Source of the DNA: a virus
Lineage: Duplodnaviria > Heunggongvirae > Uroviricota > Caudoviricetes
IMG/VR virus record: IMGVR_UViG_2778260995_000006
Length of the DNA stretch: 6,435 nt
Direction: 5' to 3' (one strand)
Shown: positions 1 through 6,435 of the stretch, piece by piece
Layout: every line of letters begins with the position of its first letter
How positions within the stretch are numbered: the first letter of the stretch is position 1
Notes under the pieces: model-generated
Database searches by the model: none
Seen by the model: only the letters and a program-made list of their open reading frames with translations
Told to the model about the DNA's origin: nothing
Made by a program: the position numbers and the translations under genes

Positions 1-2294
1 CGTAACCCGGCTGTAGTCTGGCCTCCAATACGGATAATTGCGGTGTTCTGAATACAGGACCATGTGGTTTTTGTTTCTCTGGATATATGCCCGTTACTTA
101 CTGAGCACGTAGACTGCTCTGACTTTACACGCATCCCCATAACCATTTTTTCAAGCGATGCGTTTTCGTTTACCCGTCTGTTAGCTCCTCCAATATCGCA
201 ATAAGGAAATCCGTCGTAATCTGTTGAACGACCGAAGCCAAGAATAATAGCCGCTCCGGTTTGATGACCGCCGGTATCAAAAACACGTGGCGCTGCATTT
301 GGCGTTTTATACCAGTTCTTATGTACCTCACAAAGAACCGTAAAAGGAAGATTATAAAGATTATTCTTAATTGGAACTGTAACTATATCGCTTGCGCGGG
401 TCGCCGCCGTCGCTCCTGATATAATAAAAGATGATACACAAGGCCCATCTTCTACTTGTGGGGTGGCCAGATAAATATAGTCACCAGATACGGTTGCCCC
501 GCTCTGCTTAGGAGAATACTGTATCTGAGAGCCTATTTTTAACTCCCCATCAATTGCCTGAATTGTTGCCTCTGCAAAAATCCATCCGGTAGCTTCGTCC
601 TTTCTGACTCTCGCTGTAATTCTTGAGGCAGCACCGCCTGTCATATTAATTTCAAGCGTTTGTGTATCAATATACGCATCACCAAGAAAAGTTGTTGCGC
701 TACCGTCATATTTATCAAACCGGATACGCAACCTTACCTGCAGTTCTGTTTTAAAACGACATGAGGTTGTCACGTGTTTATTATCGCCTGAGACATCAAC
801 TGACTTTGTTGCAGCAATTGATGCCATATTAATGGCTGAGGTTTGCCCAATCAGAGAATCGTTGCAGACAAACTTTCCATAGGTAAAACCAAAATTATCC
901 GTCCCGGTTTCGGGCACATCCATATTTGACGATCGCCCCCAACTGGCAGGGCTTTCCGAATTGAGCATGTAGTTTGTTCTTTGCCCCTCAATAAGCAGGC
1001 CATCACGTTCAAATCGTGGCTCGTCAATGGCAGCCTCTGTCAGCACACCAGATTTGTTAATATAGGTTGCTTTCGATGCACGTTTAAACTTAACAATCTT
1101 GTCGCCAGGCATCGTTATTTCATCGTCACCAATAACAATTTTTTTATATGACGGCGAAAAGCCCGTAATCATATCCAGTGAATCGTTAAACGGTATCCAC
1201 ACATCAGGCAGTGGCTGTAAGACATATTTATACGGCTCTGCTGCCTGACTTGCATACTCTCTGGCTGCGTCTTCACTTGCTTTAGCTGCTGTCTGGCTTG
1301 CTGCCGATGCTTTCGCCGAGTTCGCCGCTGCAGTCTCGCTTGTCTTTGCATTGGTTTCACTGGTTTTTGCCGCTTTTTGACTGTTGGCTGATGCAGTGGC
1401 AGAAGCAGCCGCCGCGCTTGCAGAACCAGCTGCCGCGCTCTCGCTTTGGGCTGCTGCAACCTGGCTGTTTTTCGCCGCAGTTTCGCTGGCTTTGGCATTC
1501 GTTTCGCTGGTCTTCGCTGCCGTCTGGCTGGACTTTGCGTTAGTTTCACTCGTCTTCGCTGCTTTCTGGCTGTTAGCCGCAGCAGTTGCTGCTCCAGCTG
1601 CTGAAGTCGCAGAACCGGCTGCTGCGCTCTCGCTCTCAGCTGCTGCAGTCTGGCTGTTTTTCGCCGCAGTTTCACTGGCTTTGGCATTCGTTTCGCTGGC
1701 CTTCGCTGCCGTCTGGCTGGACTTTGCGTTGGTTTCGCTCGTCTTTGCTGCTGTCTCGCTATTTTTCGCGTTGGTTTCTGATTTTTTAGCTGCTGTCGCG
1801 GAATTTGCCGATGCAGTCTGCGAGGCCGCTGCCGCCTGTGCGCTGTTAGCTGCATTCGTTTCTGAGTTTTTCGCCGCGTTCTTCGATGATGCCGCTGCAG
1901 TTTCGGATTTCTTTGCCGCCGCTGCGCTCTGAGAGGCGGCTTCAGCGTTGCGTGCCGCTTCTTCCACCATTACCTCAAAACGACGCAATGCCTCCGGCAT
2001 GGCATCCTCTTCCGTCATGGCACCGAGAAAATCATTCAGCGTGCCTGGTCTGGAACCTTCATAGACGGTAATGGTCCCGGCATGTGAAGGCGGAAAACCT
2101 TCAACCAGCAGGGTGACGCTGTACTGGCCATACTCAACATCCATGCTGTAACGCCCGGCTTCATCCGGATTTTCAGAGGCCACCGTATTCACCAGTACCG
2201 TGGTGCTGTTACGCTTTGCTTTGAGCTGAATAGTGCAGTTCTGTATTGGTTTTCCTGCACCGTCTTTCAGCACGCCTGAAATCTGTACTGCCAT
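1..2294 (-). CDS. stf: Side tail fibre protein (Stf-like), partial: start codon at 2294, C-terminus beyond the window's left edge
   Basis: Hand translation of the minus strand from ATG 2292-2294 gives MAVQISGVLKDGAGKPIQNCTIQLKAKRNSTTVLVNTVASENPDEAGRYSMDVEYGQYSVTLLVEGFPPSHAGTITVYEGSRPGTLNDFLGAMTEEDAMPEALRRFEVMVEEAARNAEAASQ..., which I recognise as closely matching the N-terminus of lambda Stf (from memory). GGAG Shine-Dalgarno at 2300-2303 (minus strand), 5 nt before the ATG. I scanned every in-frame codon from 2294 to 3 and found no stop (764 codons), which is why the supplied track (apparently requiring an in-window stop) does not list it. Ala/Ser/Thr-rich SETNAK repeats follow, then a Cys-containing distal region ending ...WSCIQNTAIIRIGGQTTAGL at the window edge. 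Confidence 0.85.
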   Translation of the reverse strand, partial: MAVQISGVLKDGAGKPIQNCTIQLKAKRNSTTVLVNTVASENPDEAGRYSMDVEYGQYSVTLLVEGFPPSHAGTITVYEGSRPGTLNDFLGAMTEEDAMPEALRRFEVMVEEAARNAEAASQSAAAAKKSETAAASSKNAAKNSETNAANSAQAAAASQTASANSATAAKKSETNAKNSETAAKTSETNAKSSQTAAKASETNAKASETAAKNSQTAAAESESAAAGSATSAAGAATAAANSQKAAKTSETNAKSSQTAAKTSETNAKASETAAKNSQVAAAQSESAAAGSASAAAASATASANSQKAAKTSETNAKTSETAAANSAKASAASQTAAKASEDAAREYASQAAEPYKYVLQPLPDVWIPFNDSLDMITGFSPSYKKIVIGDDEITMPGDKIVKFKRASKATYINKSGVLTEAAIDEPRFERDGLLIEGQRTNYMLNSESPASWGRSSNMDVPETGTDNFGFTYGKFVCNDSLIGQTSAINMASIAATKSVDVSGDNKHVTTSCRFKTELQVRLRIRFDKYDGSATTFLGDAYIDTQTLEINMTGGAASRITARVRKDEATGWIFAEATIQAIDGELKIGSQIQYSPKQSGATVSGDYIYLATPQVEDGPCVSSFIISGATAATRASDIVTVPIKNNLYNLPFTVLCEVHKNWYKTPNAAPRVFDTGGHQTGAAIILGFGRSTDYDGFPYCDIGGANRRVNENASLEKMVMGMRVKSEQSTCSVSNGHISRETKTTWSCIQNTAIIRIGGQTTAGL
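1270..1810 (-). repeat. In-frame tandem repeat inside stf: two near-identical 189-bp (63-aa) units at 1365-1553 and 1554-1742, flanked by degenerate partial copies
   Basis: Direct sequence comparison: gcagaacc at 1420-1427 recurs at 1609-1616, and tggctgtttttcgccgcag at 1462 recurs at 1651, both offset by 189 bp. Encoded units are TSETNAKSSQTAAKASETNAKASETAAKNSQTAAAESESAAAGSATSAAGAATAAANSQKAAK and TSETNAKSSQTAAKTSETNAKASETAAKNSQVAAAQSESAAAGSASAAAASATASANSQKAAK, followed by a partial third copy TSETNAKTSETAAANSAK.... Flanking AAKKSETNAKNSETAAK is degenerate. Confidence 0.9.
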
Positions 2295-2305
2295 ATTCAC
2301 TCCAC

Positions 2306-2333
2306 AAATAAAAAAGGCGCCATTTCTGGCGCC
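2306..2333 (-). terminator. Intrinsic-terminator-like hairpin between J and stf: 7-bp GC-rich stem, 4-nt loop, then a U6 tract on the minus-strand transcript
   Basis: Plus strand 2316-2322 ggcgcca and 2327-2333 tggcgcc are perfect reverse complements around loop tttc (2323-2326). Plus-strand aaaaaa at 2310-2315 gives UUUUUU immediately 3' of the stem on the minus-strand RNA. It lies 20 bp downstream of the J stop (2353-2355) and just upstream of the stf Shine-Dalgarno. Confidence 0.55.
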
Positions 2334-2352
2334 CGTATTTGGGTTATAAAAC

Positions 2353-5300
2353 TCAACTGATACTGATACCGGCTGTTGATTTCTTCATCACGACAACAAG
2401 AAGGTCGCTGATACTGGTCGTTGGCGTCCAGTTATTAGCACCATATGAAGAAACATTGAAAGTCAGGGTGACATGACCGTGTCCGGCAGGCATATCAATG
2501 ACGGATGAAAATACCCTGCTGACATCCGTCGCGGGTTGCTGAAAGATTTCCTGTCCGTTCTTCAGCACCTGCAGCTTACAGGTTGAATACCAGTATGACT
2601 GTTGGTTATTGCTGTTGAAGTTTTCATGCTTACCACCGTGAAACAGAACGGGTGGGATTACTATCTGACGGTCAAAAGCCTGGTCATCGTACACAGTGAC
2701 CGTAATTGTACCGCTGGCATAACTGCCATTTCTCGGAAAGGCTTTTCCCACCGTTTTGACAATATCACCTTCAATCTGGTTGGCAGACAGTTTTCCCAGA
2801 ATCCGACAGTTCTGGTTAATCGTGACATTATTGAGCGTCCCGGAGTTCGCATTCACGTTACCGCTGATATCGGCATTTTTCGCCGTCAGCCGCCCGTCCG
2901 GTGTCAGGGAAAATACCGGCGGATTGCCGCCACTGGTAATGGTGGGAGCCGTCAGATACTTCAGGAACACTTCGTTCATGAATATCTGGTTACCCTGCGC
3001 CACAAACATCGGAGTTTCATTCCCGTTTGCCGGGTCAATAAACGCGATACGGTTAGCGGCAACCAGGAACTGGCTCAGTTTACCTTCCTCCGTATCCTCC
3101 ATACTAAGGCCAAGCCCCGCGACATAATGCCTGCCGTCTTCGGTCTGCTCAATTTTGACGCCCCACATGGCATTCCATTTATCGTTGGCGTCCTTCCACT
3201 CTTTCGAAAACTCCTCCAGTTTGCTGGCGTTATCCTCCGTCAGCTCGACTTTTTCCAGCAGCTCCTTGCCGAGATGGGATTCGGTTATCTGGCCTTTGAA
3301 AAAATCCAGGTAACCTTCCGCATCATCGCTCGCCCGACCGACAGCCTCCACGAATGTCGATTTGCCGACGGTGTTCACACTGCGAACGTAAAAATAATAA
3401 TCATGGCCCGGTTTGATATTGATACTGGCGGCTATCCAGTACAGCGCCGTGCCAAGATAACGCGCGCTGGTTTCAACCTGCCTGATATCCGCAATCCGAT
3501 TTTCCGAGAACCAGAACTCAAACTGTACCGTCGGATCATAAACCGCAAGATGCGGCGTGGCGGTTATCTGAAAATAGCCCGGCGTCAGCTCAATCCGCGA
3601 CGGCGCTGCCGGTGCGGCAATCAGGAACGATACCGATGCCGGATCGCCCTGCTGCCCCCACGCATTTACTGCCCGGACTGTCAGCCTGTAGTTCCCTGGC
3701 GCCAGTTGTGTGAAGCGGTATGTGGTTTCCGCCGTCCGGGCTGTGCTGACCACCCGCTCACTGCCGTCATCCGCTGCCACGGTCAGGCGAAGCATGAAAC
3801 TCACGCCCTTCACCACCTTCGGCGTGTCCCAGCGGGCCAGTACCTGATACTCCCCGCTGTCTGCAGTGACTTCGGCGGTCAGGTGCTGCACTGCTGGCGG
3901 CGTGACACCATTCACCGTGCCGCTCTGGTCACCGTCAAAGTGCGCCCCGTTATCCACGATGGCTTCTTTCTCCGGTACATGCTGCACGGCAGTGATGGCA
4001 TACGTACCGTCATCGTTCTCACGGATACTCACGCAGCGGAACAGGCGCTGGCGCAGCGTCGGCAGCTTCAGCCCCCACACGCTGTATTCAGCAACACCGT
4101 CAGGAACACGGCTCACTTTTACCTTCACGCCGTCGGTGACGGACTGAACCTCCACGCTGACCGGATTGCCACTTCCGTCAACCAGGCTTATCAGCGTGGT
4201 ACCGGAGGATGGCAGCGTGATTTCACGGTCGAGCGTCAGCGTCCGGGTCTGGCTGTTCACCGCCAGCACGCGCCCGCCGATGCTGATACCGGCATAGTCA
4301 TCATCACAGATTTCAATGACATCGCCCGGTACATGGCGAAGCCCTTCGGCCCCCACGCTGAAATCCACGGTCTGCGTTTCCAGCAGTTCCGTTTTAATCA
4401 GCCACAGCCCGGCGCGGTGTGCCTGCCCCCGGCTGGTACAGCCAAAGGCATCCATCTTCGTGACGTTACGACCGTAACGGGCAATGGCCTGCGTGTCCTC
4501 CACAAGCTCTGTCGCCGTCTCCCAGCCGTTATTCGGGTCAATCCAGTTCACCTCAACGGCATTATGGCGGTCCTTCAGGGCGCTGAAGCTGTAGCGGAAC
4601 GGCGCGCCATCATCCGGCATCACCACATTACTGCGGTTATAGGTCCACACCTTATCCGATGGCCGGTCCTGCACGAACGTCAGCGTCTGCCCGTTCCATA
4701 CCGGCATACAGCGCATCGCCGAGCAGAAATCGCTGAGCACATCCCACGCCTTGCGCTGTGTGGTCAGCCAGGCATTACAGGTGATGCGCGGCTCCGTGCT
4801 GCCAAAGCCGTCCGGCACCGACTGGTCGCAGTAGTGGCCGATAACATACAGCGCCCATTTATCCACATCTGCCGCACCAAGACGTTTCCCCATGCCGTAG
4901 CGCGGGTGGGTCAGCATATCCCACAGACACCAGGCCATGTTGTTGCTGTATGCCGGTTTAAACGTTCCGTCCCAGATACCGCTGTATTGCCGCGTCTGCG
5001 GGTTATAATTCGACGGCACCTGCAGAATACGCCCGCGCAGATGATAATTACGGCTCACCTGCTGGCTGCCGAACTGCTCCGAGTCCACCTGCACGCCGAC
5101 CAGTGCCGTGTTCGGGTAGCACTGTTTCACATCGATGATTTCGGTGTATGACGACCAGAGCGTTTTGTTCTGCAGCTGGTCTGTGGTGCTGTCCGGCGTC
5201 ATCCTGCGCATCCGGATATTAAACGGGCGCGGCGGCAGGTTATCCACCACCACTGAGGCCAGATACTGCGACGTGGTTTTGCCCTTAATGGTGATGTCTT

Positions 5301-5751
5301 TTTCTGTCACCCAGCCACCGTTACGTTGTATCTGAACCAGCAGGCGGACTTCCGACGGATTCCTGTCCCCCTTTGAGGTGGTTTCCACCAGTGCCTGCAC
5401 ACCGAAGGTAAAGCGCAGACGGTCGATGTTTGCAGACGTGATGGTCCGGGTAATCGGCGTGTCGTACTTCACTTCCGTACCCAGCACCGTCTCGGAGCCG
5501 GAGGATTCAAATCCCTCCGGCGGTGTCTGCTCCTGCTCACCTGCCCGGAAAACCACCGTGACACCGGAGATATTGGTATTCCCCTCACTGTCCAGCACTG
5601 GCGTACTGTTCAGCAGCACACTTTTTAATCCGTCCACCGGACCTTCAATCGGCCCTTCGCTGATGGCGTCTATCACGCTCAGCATCTGCGTGGACTTCAG
5701 GTTGTCCTTCGCTTCGCGCGGGGTATGCCCCTTACTGCTGCCTTTACCCAT
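2353..5751 (-). CDS. J: Tail tip / host-specificity protein J (central tail fibre), complete, 1132 aa
   Basis: Supplied ORF of 1132 aa starting [54 protein letters not shown]..., which I recognise as near-identical to lambda gpJ over most of its length and of the same length (from memory). ATG at 5749-5751 is the first start after an in-frame stop at 5755-5757; GGAG and GAGGA Shine-Dalgarno motifs lie upstream on the minus strand. The last ~158 aa (about 2353-2830) appear divergent from lambda J. Confidence 0.95.
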   Translation of the reverse strand: MGKGSSKGHTPREAKDNLKSTQMLSVIDAISEGPIEGPVDGLKSVLLNSTPVLDSEGNTNISGVTVVFRAGEQEQTPPEGFESSGSETVLGTEVKYDTPITRTITSANIDRLRFTFGVQALVETTSKGDRNPSEVRLLVQIQRNGGWVTEKDITIKGKTTSQYLASVVVDNLPPRPFNIRMRRMTPDSTTDQLQNKTLWSSYTEIIDVKQCYPNTALVGVQVDSEQFGSQQVSRNYHLRGRILQVPSNYNPQTRQYSGIWDGTFKPAYSNNMAWCLWDMLTHPRYGMGKRLGAADVDKWALYVIGHYCDQSVPDGFGSTEPRITCNAWLTTQRKAWDVLSDFCSAMRCMPVWNGQTLTFVQDRPSDKVWTYNRSNVVMPDDGAPFRYSFSALKDRHNAVEVNWIDPNNGWETATELVEDTQAIARYGRNVTKMDAFGCTSRGQAHRAGLWLIKTELLETQTVDFSVGAEGLRHVPGDVIEICDDDYAGISIGGRVLAVNSQTRTLTLDREITLPSSGTTLISLVDGSGNPVSVEVQSVTDGVKVKVSRVPDGVAEYSVWGLKLPTLRQRLFRCVSIRENDDGTYAITAVQHVPEKEAIVDNGAHFDGDQSGTVNGVTPPAVQHLTAEVTADSGEYQVLARWDTPKVVKGVSFMLRLTVAADDGSERVVSTARTAETTYRFTQLAPGNYRLTVRAVNAWGQQGDPASVSFLIAAPAAPSRIELTPGYFQITATPHLAVYDPTVQFEFWFSENRIADIRQVETSARYLGTALYWIAASINIKPGHDYYFYVRSVNTVGKSTFVEAVGRASDDAEGYLDFFKGQITESHLGKELLEKVELTEDNASKLEEFSKEWKDANDKWNAMWGVKIEQTEDGRHYVAGLGLSMEDTEEGKLSQFLVAANRIAFIDPANGNETPMFVAQGNQIFMNEVFLKYLTAPTITSGGNPPVFSLTPDGRLTAKNADISGNVNANSGTLNNVTINQNCRILGKLSANQIEGDIVKTVGKAFPRNGSYASGTITVTVYDDQAFDRQIVIPPVLFHGGKHENFNSNNQQSYWYSTCKLQVLKNGQEIFQQPATDVSRVFSSVIDMPAGHGHVTLTFNVSSYGANNWTPTTSISDLLVVVMKKSTAGISIS

Positions 5752-5773
5752 TCCTCACGCTCCAGAAACGACA

Positions 5774-5793
5774 AAACCGCCCTGAGGCGGTTT
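5774..5793 (-). promoter_or_regulatory. Hairpin in the I-J intergenic spacer (8-bp stem, 4-nt loop); possible mRNA structural or translation-modulating element
   Basis: Plus strand 5774-5781 aaaccgcc and 5786-5793 ggcggttt are perfect reverse complements around loop ctga. It sits between the I stop (5812-5814) and the J Shine-Dalgarno/ATG (5751). There is no clean U tract directly 3' of the stem on the minus strand, so a terminator call is weak. Confidence 0.35.
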
Positions 5794-5811
5794 CACATAA
5801 AACGTTTTTCA

Positions 5812-6435
5812 TCAACGACCAATCACCACAACCTGACCACCGTCCCCCTCGTCTGCCGTGCTGATCTCCTGAGAAACCACCCGCGACCCCACGCGCATTT
5901 CACCGTACAGAACAGGCAGAACATTGCCCTGGGCAACCATGTTATCCAGTGAGGAGAAATAGGTGTTCTGCTTACCGTTATCCGTTGTCTGTGTACGGGG
6001 AGTTCTGGCTTTCGGTGCCAGCATCTGCGCCACACCACCAAGTACCATACTGGCACCGAGAGAAAACAGAATGCCGGTCATACCACCGGCCCCAATGGCT
6101 GTCCCCCATGCTGCAAGGGTGGCTCCGGCGGTAAAGAATGATCCGGCAATGGCGGCTGCCCCCAGGACAATCTGGAATACGCCACCTGACTTGGCCCCGG
6201 CGGCTCTGGGAACGATATGAATCACAGCGCCGTCAGGCAGAGCCTCATGTAACTGCGCCGTTAATCCGGACGTGCTGACATCCTGCCCGGCAATACGTAC
6301 CTGATACCAGCCGTCGCTCAGTTTCTGACGAAACGAAGGGAGCTGTGTGGCCAGCGCCCGGATGGCTTCAGCCCCCGTTTTCACACGAAGGTCGATGCGG
6401 CGGCCAAATCGTTGTAAATCCCCGTAAAGGCAGAT
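5812..6435 (-). CDS. I: Tail assembly protein I, partial: N-terminal residues beyond the window's right edge, stop at 5812-5814
   Basis: The supplied ORF 5812..6384 (VKTGAEAIRALATQLPSFRQKLSDGWYQVRIAGQDV...GGQVVVIGR) begins at an internal GTG. Hand translation of 6385-6435 on the minus strand continues in frame without stops as ICLYGDLQRFGRRIDLR, matching my recollection of the lambda gpI N-terminal region. A Gly/Ala-rich hydrophobic stretch (GAAAIAGSFFTAGATLAAWGTAIGAGGMTGILFSLGASMVLGGVAQ) is present. Gene order I then J on the same strand matches lambda. Confidence 0.9.
   Translation of the reverse strand: MCLYGDLQRFGRRIDLRVKTGAEAIRALATQLPSFRQKLSDGWYQVRIAGQDVSTSGLTAQLHEALPDGAVIHIVPRAAGAKSGGVFQIVLGAAAIAGSFFTAGATLAAWGTAIGAGGMTGILFSLGASMVLGGVAQMLAPKARTPRTQTTDNGKQNTYFSSLDNMVAQGNVLPVLYGEMRVGSRVVSQEISTADEGDGGQVVVIGR

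Noticed and set aside
1298-1789. Small plus-strand ORFs of 81 aa (1298..1543) and 67 aa (1586..1789)
   Set aside because: Additional antisense frames within the repeat; the two are near-duplicates of each other because of the 189-bp repeat, so they are artefacts of the repeat, not genes.
1169-1855. Minus-strand 228-aa ORF in an alternative frame, extremely Arg/Gln/Lys-rich
   Set aside because: It is the -1 frame of the stf repeat region, where shifted Ala/Ser codons read as CGN/CAG. It overlaps the well-supported stf frame entirely and is low-complexity. I see no slippery heptamer at its start that would suggest programmed frameshifting.
1384-1932. Plus-strand 182-aa ORF encoding a very hydrophobic Ala/Leu/Phe/Val-rich protein that resembles a multi-pass membrane protein
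   Set aside because: It lies exactly antisense to the Ala/Ser/Thr-rich tandem-repeat segment of stf. Its hydrophobic, internally repeated sequence is the reverse-complement shadow of GCN/TCN/ACN-rich codons, and its internal repeat simply mirrors the 189-bp duplication. No Shine-Dalgarno motif and no independent support.
2306-2333. Whether the J-stf hairpin could be an attachment site, transposon inverted repeat or other mobile-element boundary
   Set aside because: It is a single short hairpin with a U tract in a phage late operon, with no flanking direct repeats, integrase or transposase; an intrinsic terminator or RNA-stability element is the simpler reading.
2661-5785. Short ORFs overlapping J on either strand (2661..2852, 2756..3127, 3866..4147, 5135..5335, 5378..5785)
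   Set aside because: All are embedded in or antisense to the strongly supported J frame, with no start context and no recognisable protein features.
5725-6220. Short ORFs overlapping the I gene and the I-J junction (5725..5952, 5823..6056, 5949..6134, 5963..6220)
   Set aside because: Alternative-frame or antisense shadows of I; the I frame itself gives a protein I recognise as lambda gpI.
5812-6384. The track's 190-aa ORF treated as a complete I gene starting at GTG 6384
   Set aside because: The reading frame stays open and lambda-gpI-like upstream to the window edge at 6435 (ICLYGDLQRFGRRIDLR), so the true start is outside the window; the GTG is an internal valine codon.
1-6435. Search for tRNA genes, CRISPR repeats, insertion sequences or defence-type genes in moron positions
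   Set aside because: No intergenic space longer than about 60 bp exists, and I saw no short regularly spaced repeat array or cloverleaf-like segments. The only repeats are the in-frame coding repeats of stf.

Overview
The window is tiled almost completely by three co-directional minus-strand genes that form the tail-tip / fibre module of a lambda-like (lambdoid) siphovirus or prophage, probably enterobacterial: the 3' part of tail assembly gene I (5' end outside the window), a complete 1132-aa J (tail tip / host-specificity protein), and the first 764 codons of a side-tail-fibre (stf-like) gene (3' end outside the window). Intergenic spacers are only about 60 bp each and each holds a short GC-rich hairpin. 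I see no RNA genes, CRISPR array, insertion sequence or integrase, and no room for an extra gene cassette, so I cannot support a claim of a new multi-gene system here. The points worth a second look are at domain level: a divergent J C-terminal (receptor-binding) region, a mosaic Stf with a lambda-like N-terminus, a near-perfect 189-bp in-frame tandem repeat and an unrecognised Cys-containing distal domain, and stf sitting directly after J with no gene between them. All plus-strand ORFs in the track appear to be antisense shadows. Comparisons to phage lambda are from memory, not from a search.
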